Source: Candidatus Melainabacteria bacterium (GTDB lineage Bacteria > Cyanobacteriota > Vampirovibrionia > Obscuribacterales > Obscuribacteraceae). From it: a stretch of DNA of 45,710 nucleotides. The stretch is from assembly GCA_023250095.1 (NCBI GenBank), contig JAHFBI010000002.1, forward strand, positions 1 to 45,710. The letters are read 5' to 3'. Numbering within the stretch: the first letter of the stretch is position 1; each line of letters starts with the position of its first letter. The translations under genes and the position numbers were made by a program. Shown here one piece after another: positions 35,392 through 43,555 of the stretch. The notes under the pieces were generated by a model. The model saw nothing but the letters and a program-made list of their open reading frames with translations. It was not told where the DNA came from and did not search any database.

Positions 35392-36194
35392 GGATCACTC
35401 CTTGCTGTTGGCCCGCGCAGCAAGCGCAGGAAACTACGGCTTACCGGCAGCCACCGTGGCGTGCCCGGCAAGATTTCAGGCATTAACAGGAGTGCGCCAC
35501 AGGCAAGCGAAATCGACTGCCGTCGGCTCACTGGCACAAAGGCAGAAGACACAACCGCTTCGATGAGCAGTCGCTCTTAATCTTTGCCTGACACTCTCTG
35601 GCGGCCCGTCCTGGAGGGCGCGCATGGTTTTTCTTTTGACGTAAGCAGCGGAGTACTCCCGGCACTGGAGTCGTTGATTCCCCGGGGAAGGGACAGAAAA
35701 CGTCGCAGAAATACGGGCAAAGCCATCCCGCCAGCAAGAGCACGTCGGGTAACCTGTCACTTGTCACCTTGCCTGCGGCTTTGCGCAGGGATCAGGGATC
35801 AAAGATAGGTAGGTACGTGCTTGAAAGCCTGTAAGCTATTGCTCAATTGCTGGATATGGAATTGCTTGAAATATAACTATTAGATCAGCAATCCAGTATT
35901 CAAGAATCTCTTCAGAACCTGAAGAGGACTTCAGCTTTGTCCAGGCCTCAGGACCAGAAACACTTCGAGATCTGATACGGACGGGCTCGAAGCATCTTGT
36001 CAAGATAAACGCCAGAGCATGAGCTCTTCCGCGCTGGAAGAGCCAGGACCGGAATATGCGCTCCCTCCTTACGCCGACGTAACCATGTGACATTTAGCGT
36101 AGTTAGCGAGAAGCGAGCTGGCACAAGGATATTCTTACTTGCTATCCTGTCCTGGCGACAAAGACACAGATGATCGACGCTACCCTGACAACCA

Positions 36195-37019
36195 ATGCTG
36201 GAAAACCTTTTTGGAACGGCGAAGCCCGTAATTGGAGTCATACACCTGTTGCCCTTGCCGGGCTCGCACCGCTTCGACGGACAACTGGAGCCGGTATTTC
36301 TGCGTGCCGAGCAAGAAGCTGCAGCATTGACCACAGGCGGAGTCGACGGGATCATCCTGGAGAATTTCTTCGACGCCCCTTTCACAAAATCCCGCGTCGA
36401 CCCGGCATGCGCTTGCGCACTGTCCCTGGTGGCGAAGAGTATCATGAGCATTACCCCCGTTCCAATCGGCATAAATGTCCTTCGCAATGACGGGCTCACT
36501 GCTCTGGCCGTGGCCGCCACGACCGGCTGCCAGTTCATTCGCGTCAACGTATATACCGGCGCCATGCTGACCGACCAGGGCATCATCGAAGGGCAGGCTC
36601 ACGAACTGCTGCAATACCGGCGCCTGCTCTCGACGAAAAAGAAGATCCACATCCTTGCCGACGTCATGGTGAAGCATGCCTTCCCGCTTTCTCCCTTTAT
36701 GGACATCCGCCAGTGCGCCAGAGACACGGTGCTTCGTGGCATGGCAGATGGTATCATAGTCAGTGGCACAGCCACAGGCTCGTCGCCGGATGTTGAAGAC
36801 CTAAAAGCCGTGCGCGAAGCCCTTCCCTCCACACCGCTTTTTGTCGGCAGCGGAGCGACCGCTGACAATGTCCGCGGACTGCTCGACATCGCCGACGGTG
36901 TCATCGTCGCAACCTCACTTAAGCGGCGCGGACTGCTGGAGAATCCGGTGGACGCAGACCGCGTCAGGACGCTGGTTGCCGCAGTGAAGAAAGAATCGCC
37001 AGCAACACCTGGCTGCTGA
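36195..37019 (+). CDS. BtpA/SgcQ-family (TIM-barrel) protein
   Basis: N-terminal VIGVIHLLPLPGS, plus DGIILENFFDAPF, IGINVLRND, FIRVNVYTG and VGSGAT. This is typical of the BtpA family as I recall it. Confidence 0.85.
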   Translation: MLENLFGTAKPVIGVIHLLPLPGSHRFDGQLEPVFLRAEQEAAALTTGGVDGIILENFFDAPFTKSRVDPACACALSLVAKSIMSITPVPIGINVLRNDGLTALAVAATTGCQFIRVNVYTGAMLTDQGIIEGQAHELLQYRRLLSTKKKIHILADVMVKHAFPLSPFMDIRQCARDTVLRGMADGIIVSGTATGSSPDVEDLKAVREALPSTPLFVGSGATADNVRGLLDIADGVIVATSLKRRGLLENPVDADRVRTLVAAVKKESPATPGC

Positions 37020-37139
37020 CAGGAAATACGCAACGACCTGGCGCATCCAGTGCCTTTGGCAGACAGGCTCGAAAGCTCGAACTCTCGAACAAACGAGCTA
37101 ACCAGGCCGGCAAACGCCAATCACTCAGGGCCGGACTGT

Positions 37140-38000
37140 CTAGAACTCGATGGAAGGCTGCCCGGGAGGCCTCGCTGCCGAGGCCCTGTCCGGCTCGGCT
37201 GAAGGCTCCTCCGGGCTTATCTTTTGCTCAGGCTGTCCATGCGCCTGCCGTCCAGAAAACGGTACCGCTATACCGGCAATGTCTTCAGGCAGTGGAGCAG
37301 CTCCAGCCAACCGGCTGACTATGCTCTCCAGGTCGGCATCGGCCTGATACATCCAGCACTTGATCCGATCTACCCAGATAACCATCTCGACAATAGACTG
37401 GGAGATATCCGGGTTATCCTGCTTCAGCCGCGAAACGACCCAGGGCGGCAACTCTATCTGACCGGACACGCTAAGCGGTTCGACCACTGTTGCCAGCCCC
37501 TGCGCCAGAAGCCCGTAGACAGAGGCTGTGTAAGTTCTGCGGCTCAATTTGAGCTCGGATATAATCTCCCCCAGAGCGGTCTTGCCGTCGAGCCGCGCGT
37601 AAATCGGGTCGGAAACGGTGCGCCGGGGATCAGCCACGGGCCTGAGCACTGTTCGAAAGTTAATCCTCAGCTGCTCGAGATATTTCTTCTGCTCCAGGTA
37701 AGCCACCCCTTCGCGAATAATCTTCTCAATGGGCTCATCGAGGGCCAGCGTGCGCGGAACGGCATCGATATTGGCCTCGATAAAAGAGAAAGTGCCCGTC
37801 ATCCAAGCAAAAAGCTCGAGCAGACCCTCGCGCCCTTCGACGAGATCCGTCTCGACGTGGATGACACGCCCGCGGTCTACATACATGAAAGCTGTATTTG
37901 CACCCTGGCTCAAGCAGACCTTTCCGGTCAACTCGCCATTGCGCAAGAGCTGAATCAGGCTCGGTAGGCTAATTTTCGTAAGCTCGCCGGCTAACTGCAC
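37140..38000 (-). CDS. DUF4388 (PatA-N-like) domain protein
   Basis: N-terminal G.L..ISLPSLIQLLRNGELTGKVCL ... VDRGRVIHV ... GREGLLELFAW..GTFSF. GTG start with AGGGGA upstream. Confidence 0.75.
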   Translation of the reverse strand: MQLAGELTKISLPSLIQLLRNGELTGKVCLSQGANTAFMYVDRGRVIHVETDLVEGREGLLELFAWMTGTFSFIEANIDAVPRTLALDEPIEKIIREGVAYLEQKKYLEQLRINFRTVLRPVADPRRTVSDPIYARLDGKTALGEIISELKLSRRTYTASVYGLLAQGLATVVEPLSVSGQIELPPWVVSRLKQDNPDISQSIVEMVIWVDRIKCWMYQADADLESIVSRLAGAAPLPEDIAGIAVPFSGRQAHGQPEQKISPEEPSAEPDRASAARPPGQPSIEF

Positions 38001-38177
38001 CGGATTTTTCCCCTGACAAAAGGCAAAGTTTCTTTAGTATACCCGCGGGCAGCCCGGCTCAAGGTAAGTCTTCCCTAAGCCGACAAGCGCCAGCGTTCTC
38101 AGCATACTGCCTGCAAGTTTTACCATGCTCTATAGTACTTCAAAAATCACAAAAAATTCTCCTGACAAAGCCGGCAA

Positions 38178-38215
38178 GCGCCGGGAACAGAAAGTAAGAC
38201 TCCTGTTCCCGGCGC
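38178..38215 (-). terminator. Terminator hairpin after the Cys-rich peptide gene
   Basis: 13-bp perfect stem GCGCCGGGAACAG (38178-38190) / CTGTTCCCGGCGC (38203-38215). T-rich sequence (AATTTTTTGTGATTTTTG) lies about 20 nt further along the minus strand. Confidence 0.65.
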
Positions 38216-38324
38216 ATAGCAAGCAAAGCGCCTCAGCCACACTAAGCGTCTAAGAGATTGGCTCTCTCATCGAAGTGCAAGGTCACAGGGCAGAGGGCTT
38301 TGCCTTTTTGTGCGTTCAGGGCAA

Positions 38325-38576
38325 TTACTTGCCGCTGCCAGCGCTGCAACAGCCGCCCGTGCAGTCGCCGCCGTCGCAGGCCGGCGCTGACGGATTGAGG
38401 GTCAGGGGATTGAGACCGTGCTTGGCCGAGCAATCGGCGCAATAGCCGTTGACCAGCACAGAGGCACGCTTGCGGCAAGCGGGATCCTTGCAGATGCCGC
38501 CGCTGCCCGTACACAGGGCCACACCGCAATGAGGGTGCGAGGCCCGAACTTCGGCGTCGAAGATGTTCTTTTCCAT
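38325..38576 (-). CDS. Small (83 aa) cysteine-rich protein of unknown function
   Basis: AGGAGA lies 7 nt upstream of the ATG. Ten Cys residues: HPHCGVALCTGSGGICKDPACRK ... GYCADCSAKH ... ACDGGDCTGGCCSAGSGK. Confidence 0.6.
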   Translation of the reverse strand: MEKNIFDAEVRASHPHCGVALCTGSGGICKDPACRKRASVLVNGYCADCSAKHGLNPLTLNPSAPACDGGDCTGGCCSAGSGK

Positions 38577-38631
38577 CGTAGTTTCTCCTGTCAGAATAGA
38601 CGTTAGTGAGCCTTGCGTAAGCAGGCTCTAA

Positions 38632-39147
38632 TTAGCGAGACTTCCGCTGGCGAGCGGTCCTCGCCTGCGGAAGCGTCACGACAACGGCGCTGTCCTGCCC
38701 GTCGACGTTGTCGCCGTCCGATTTCACCGCGGCAGTGACAGCGGACAGCTTGATAGTGGTGGCGGCAGCCTTCTTGTCTTGCTTCATGCGCACGAAGACA
38801 AGATTGTCGAACTGCCCGACCAGACCGGACGAGATGGTGATGATCCCGCCTGTGGTCTTGTTGCCAGCATTGGCATCGCCCGAGCCGATGTTGGTCAGCG
38901 AAGCAAACAGCCCGAGAGCCGTCTGCTGGTCGAAGAGAGCCCCGAGGATCTCCAGCAACTTTTCGTTGCCGGTGCGCGCCCGCGACCCGTCTGGCGTGTT
39001 GACGCCGAGGGACTCGGTCACTTCGGTGACTTCGTAGCGATTGCCGGAATAGACGTAGAAACTGCCCCTGACGGGCTTGCCGGCCAGATCTTCGAGCTCG
39101 CAATACCAGAGCGCGCCGGGGACCTGAAAGACAACAATCGTTCTCAT
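38632..39147 (-). CDS. Hypothetical cytosolic beta-rich protein (171 aa)
   Basis: Internal ATG at 39147 (MRTIVVFQVPG...) is preceded by AGGGAGAAAAGCC. The track ORF extends to 39261. No motif recognised. Confidence 0.6.
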   Translation of the reverse strand: MRTIVVFQVPGALWYCELEDLAGKPVRGSFYVYSGNRYEVTEVTESLGVNTPDGSRARTGNEKLLEILGALFDQQTALGLFASLTNIGSGDANAGNKTTGGIITISSGLVGQFDNLVFVRMKQDKKAAATTIKLSAVTAAVKSDGDNVDGQDSAVVVTLPQARTARQRKSR

Positions 39148-39710
39148 GGCTTTTCTCCCTTCAATAGAGGATTTGAGCGAGAAAGTGACAATCACGCCAG
39201 ACAAAACAGACACGAAAAACGCAAGGTGCAAACAAAACCGAGATAAACTCCCACAAACCACGGAAGGGTCGGGAAATTCACTCTTGTGTGTAATTGAAAG
39301 GCTTGCGGGTGGTCGGTCTGGCTTGCTGAGATTGTGGGGAAAGTAGGCTCCTTAAACTAGAGCTTCCCAGGTGTCAGATCACATACTGAAGTCTATTTCT
39401 TACTTGTTCTCGTAACAAAAAATGGCGACGCCGGTTAGCGCAGCCTCGCAAATAACACAGTATTTTCTTTATATTTTGCCACCAGATGCGGCACCAAAAG
39501 GATGAGCCAATTGCTCAGCGGGAGCCGCGCTGGCAATTGCAGTTCACCTCTTTCAACAAGAGCCGATGCCATCCATTCAGTCCCGGACAGGACTTGCGCG
39601 CCGCGGGCTCTTACGTGTGCCACATATTGCAACTGAATGAGACGGCAGCCCATATCTAGGATATACTTTTCGATTCAGTTAATAAACGCCAGGGAGGTTG
39701 TGATTCCGTC

Positions 39711-41201
39711 ATGGGAGTGCAGGAAAACCAAGCACAGGTCGCAGTGCAAGAAGAAGAAGAAAAGGGCAAAGACGCCGAGCGCGCAAGGTGGTACACAGAC
39801 ACCATCCAGCAAACGGAGCTTGCCGACTACTCGCCTGTCAAAGGTTGCATGGTCATCCGCCCTTACGGTTACGCCCTCTGGGAAAATTTGCAAAAATCCC
39901 TTGACCAGATGATCAAGGACACAGGGCACCAGAACGCTTATTTCCCGCTGTTCATACCTGAGTCTTTCCTGCAAAAGGAAAAAGAGCATGTGGAAGGCTT
40001 TGCGCCCGAGTGCGCAGTCGTCACACACGGCGGCGGCAAGAAACTGGAAGAGCCGCTCATCGTGCGTCCAACCTCTGAAACAATCATCAACCACATGTTC
40101 GCCAAATGGGTGCAGTCATGGCGCGACCTGCCTCTTTTGATCAACCAGTGGGCAAATGTCGTGCGCTGGGAAATGAGAACCCGCCTGTTTCTGCGCACTA
40201 CGGAATTTCTCTGGCAAGAGGGTCACACAGCCCATGCCACCGCCGAAGAAGCGGAGCAGGAAGCTCGCACCATGCTGGAGGTTTACAGGGATCTCGCCGA
40301 AAACTGGCTGGCTTTGCCGGTTTTAACTGGACAGAAAACCGACAACGAGCGTTTCCGCGGAGCGGTTCGCACTTATTGCATCGAAGCCCTGATGCGCGAC
40401 GGCAAAGCCTTGCAAGCCGGCACATCGCATTTCCTCGGGCAAAATTTCGCCCGTGCTTTCAATATCCAGTTCCAGAGCCAGGCCGGACCGCTGGAATTCG
40501 CCTGGCAGACGAGCTGGGGAGTTTCCACGCGCTTGATTGGAGCTATCGTCATGGGGCACGGCGACGAGAAAGGACTGGTGCTGCCTCCGAAGCTGGCGCC
40601 GATTCAGGTTGTAATCGTACCCATATACAAGACCGACGAAGAAAAAGCCCTTGTGCTGACACGCTGCCGGGAGCTGCTCAGCCAGCTGAAGCCCCACGTG
40701 CGCGCGCACCTCGATGATCGCGACAACTATACTCCCGGCTTTAAATTCAACCACTGGGAGCAAAAAGGCGTGCCTCTGCGCCTTAACGTCGGTCCAAAGG
40801 ATGTGGCCAGCGACGTCGTGGAGATTGCCCGCCGCGATCTCACTTTTGACAAGGAGAAAAACTACGGCAAAACCCGCGGCGTAAGCCAGTCGGGACTGGC
40901 TCAGACGGTGACGGAGCTGCTTGCCCAGGTGCAGCAGAATATGTTCGACCGGGCACTGGACTTCAGAAAAGAAAGCACGCGCGCGCTCGACAGCTATGAC
41001 GATTTCAAGAAAGTTCTCGACGAAGGCGGGGGCTTCATCGAAGCGCACTGGTGCCGCAACGGCGACTGCGAGCTTTCTATCAAAGAAGAGACGAAAGCGA
41101 CAATCCGGCTCATGCCCTTTGACAGCCAGCCTGCGCCGGGCAAGTGCATCCGCTGCAGCGGCGCCTCGGATAGCCGCGTAGTCTTTGCCAGGGCCTACTA
41201 G
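39711..41201 (+). CDS. proS: Prolyl-tRNA synthetase (archaeal/eukaryote-like type, no INS editing domain)
   Basis: WYTDTIQQTELADYSPVKGCMVIRPYGYALWE, IVRPTSET, RTTEFLWQEGHTAH, TSHFLGQNF, and the C-terminal CIRC...FARAY. Confidence 0.93.
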   Translation: MGVQENQAQVAVQEEEEKGKDAERARWYTDTIQQTELADYSPVKGCMVIRPYGYALWENLQKSLDQMIKDTGHQNAYFPLFIPESFLQKEKEHVEGFAPECAVVTHGGGKKLEEPLIVRPTSETIINHMFAKWVQSWRDLPLLINQWANVVRWEMRTRLFLRTTEFLWQEGHTAHATAEEAEQEARTMLEVYRDLAENWLALPVLTGQKTDNERFRGAVRTYCIEALMRDGKALQAGTSHFLGQNFARAFNIQFQSQAGPLEFAWQTSWGVSTRLIGAIVMGHGDEKGLVLPPKLAPIQVVIVPIYKTDEEKALVLTRCRELLSQLKPHVRAHLDDRDNYTPGFKFNHWEQKGVPLRLNVGPKDVASDVVEIARRDLTFDKEKNYGKTRGVSQSGLAQTVTELLAQVQQNMFDRALDFRKESTRALDSYDDFKKVLDEGGGFIEAHWCRNGDCELSIKEETKATIRLMPFDSQPAPGKCIRCSGASDSRVVFARAY

Positions 41202-41212
41202 GGCAATTTACC

Positions 41213-42055
41213 GTGTGGTCTTTCGAACAGCTGAACGAGCTTGCCCAGAAGACATTCTGGGGCGTGCCGGTCACTGTCGAACACATGCACGGCACGCTCA
41301 AAGGCAACCTTCACCTGCCGCCGGAATGCTTCGCCGGTGGAGCTTCCGCGCCGGCGCCTGGCGTAACATATCCGGCCATGCTCCTCTTGCACGGGCTAGG
41401 CGGTAACCGGCACGAGCACGGCGGGCTGTTCCTCAAAACAGCAGCCACGCTCGCTCAGGCAGGCTTCATCGTGCTGCGCGTAGATTTTCGCGGCGCCGGC
41501 GAAACAGGAGGCTCGAGCCTGGATCTGACTATTGAAACGCAGATCCAGGATGCAAATGATGCCTTCCAGCACCTTCTGGAATACAAACTCGTGGACCCTG
41601 AGCGCGTAGGCGTCCTGGGACTGTCTTTCGGCGGGCTGACCGCCGCCTGCCTGTCTGGAAAGCGCGATGACATAGCAGCCCTGGTTCTATGGGAAGCGGC
41701 TTTCGACATGAAAGCCACACTCAAGAGGTTGTTCGGTCCTCTCTCCCTCAAAGCTGTGCGCTCGCGCGGATACATGCAAGCCGGCATGTTACAACTTTCG
41801 CCAGAGTTTTTCGACGCGCTCGACAGGACTCAGCCTGACCAGCTGATAGCCGATTATTCCCGCCATGTCCTGATTGTTCAAGGCATTGCCGATACAGTCG
41901 TGCCCGTGGATACTGCTTACGAATGGCGGCGCAGTTTCAAGAACACGGACGCCGAAGTGCTGCTCATCCCTGACGCAGACCACGCTTTTACCCGTGATGT
42001 CTGGGCTCATCCGGTTATCAAAAAAACTGTCCAGTGGCTGAACGAACACTTGTAA
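41213..42055 (+). CDS. Alpha/beta-fold hydrolase
   Basis: MLLLHGLGGNRHEH (oxyanion region), nucleophile elbow GLSFGG, late Asp/His (QGIADTVVP, DADHAF). GTG start 9 nt after the proS stop. Confidence 0.8.
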   Translation: MWSFEQLNELAQKTFWGVPVTVEHMHGTLKGNLHLPPECFAGGASAPAPGVTYPAMLLLHGLGGNRHEHGGLFLKTAATLAQAGFIVLRVDFRGAGETGGSSLDLTIETQIQDANDAFQHLLEYKLVDPERVGVLGLSFGGLTAACLSGKRDDIAALVLWEAAFDMKATLKRLFGPLSLKAVRSRGYMQAGMLQLSPEFFDALDRTQPDQLIADYSRHVLIVQGIADTVVPVDTAYEWRRSFKNTDAEVLLIPDADHAFTRDVWAHPVIKKTVQWLNEHL

Positions 42056-42126
42056 CAGGGCAAAAGACCCTGTCAGGCAGGGCGGCCCCTGGAAAGAAAA
42101 CCTTTCGGAAGTCCGCCCGACCGCTC

Positions 42127-42774
42127 TTACATTTGAATGGACCAGATGAGAATGGACTCCTTGTACTCCTTCTGTTCCTTCTCCAGCTCCCTTCTAGACT
42201 GAGGGCTCATGCGTTTCTTGATCTCGGCCTTGTCCGCTTGCGCTCTCAGCTCGAGAGGCTTCATTTCGGTGTCGAGATCGCTTACATAATCCTTCATCCG
42301 CTTGGAAGGGTGATCGCCCAGATAAACTGGACGCATGCCGGTAGCCCAATCGCGCATTTCTTTCTCCAGAGACTTTCTATCCTCCGGACTCATCTTCTTG
42401 AGCAGACCTTCCGAAACTTCTTTCCTTTGCTCTTTAACAGCTTCGTCCAGATGCTTTGTATCTTCTGTATATTGCTTCAAGAGCGGCGGCATCTCAGGCA
42501 TCTGGTGAAGGTCTCCCAGATGACGGGCAGCTTCATGACAGAAGCCGCTTACCGCTTCGAAGGCATGTTTCACCGATTCTTTGAAGCGACCAAGAAAGCC
42601 TTCGTCTGAGGCACAACCGGAGACACCTGCATGTCCGCTTGCCTCCGCACAGAGCCTCTCCCGCGCCTGGCGCTGACTGGCGTCGCCATTGAAACCCTCT
42701 TTCCCTTCAGCCGCCGCAACATCTTCGCGGCGCACTTCTGCGTGTCCTGACGCTTCTGCTAAAGCCATAACCAT
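42127..42774 (-). CDS. Hypothetical charged helical protein with short internal repeats
   Basis: Repeats AEASGHA(E/G)V (twice) and KKMSPEDRKSLEKE / KKRMSPQSRRELEKE. Start preferred at the MVMALAE ATGs (42774 or 42768), which follow GAGGG. The track ORF has a GTG start at 42879. Confidence 0.55.
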   Translation of the reverse strand: MVMALAEASGHAEVRREDVAAAEGKEGFNGDASQRQARERLCAEASGHAGVSGCASDEGFLGRFKESVKHAFEAVSGFCHEAARHLGDLHQMPEMPPLLKQYTEDTKHLDEAVKEQRKEVSEGLLKKMSPEDRKSLEKEMRDWATGMRPVYLGDHPSKRMKDYVSDLDTEMKPLELRAQADKAEIKKRMSPQSRRELEKEQKEYKESILIWSIQM

Positions 42775-43555
42775 ACCCTCTAAATAATCGTAGTAAAGCC
42801 AACCGTTCCCTGCTGAGAAGTCTATATCCACCCTTGACAATTTCTGGACAGGCAAATAATGTTCCTGGCTCGGCAGCACTTCAGGCTACGTTTCAGCCTG
42901 CTCAAGGGTTCCATCAAAGCTCCTGAAGCCAGGACCGATGCCAACTCACGCGAGCCTCGCCAGCAATTAACTGCCAGCCCGAACCATAAAGAAATGGTAA
43001 ACGTCACTCCAACAGCCGGAAATACTGAATATCTAGTATTTGTTATTTAGATCCTGCATTGCTTCTGATGAGAATCTAACGTAATAGAGCCTTTATAAAC
43101 TGCTGCCCTGATTGAGAACGATACTTGAGAACTGTAAGTTAATCAGGTCATTCTCACGCCACCTGCAAAACCAGATCTAAAACACAGAAGCCTTTCCAGC
43201 ATCCCAGTTATAAACACTTTCAGTCCGTCTAGGGGATGCAAGGTCTGGTACAAGGCGTTAATGACTATCTCCGCTCAACCGCCCCTGGCTGATTCACCGG
43301 CCTCTGGCGCCATTTCAGCTTGCTCAAGTTGCAGCATGGGCTCCGGCGCGCAAAAGCATATCCTCGCCCGGCAAACCTCTGCAGAACCTTCTTGAGCAAA
43401 CCGCTACTGGAAGCAGTGGCTCGCTTCTCATCCCATTGCTGCCTGACAGCAGCAAACCAATCAACTCGTCTGCGCGCAAACACTGTCTGAAATCTTTCGG
43501 ATAGCTGCCGCACAGGCATAACTCTGGACACTCTCCAGTCTGATCAGAGGACACT

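Noticed and set aside
39435-39653. 72-aa minus-strand ORF in the region upstream of proS. Also considered a T-box or other leader for proS.
   Set aside because: The ORF has no RBS or motif. I could not identify T-box specifier or antiterminator elements or any other recognisable riboswitch core. The region is left unannotated.
43065-43072. CTGATGAG, the hammerhead ribozyme core box
   Set aside because: No downstream CGAAA box and no helices I-III can be drawn. Another CTGATGA at about 13676 is inside htpX coding sequence.
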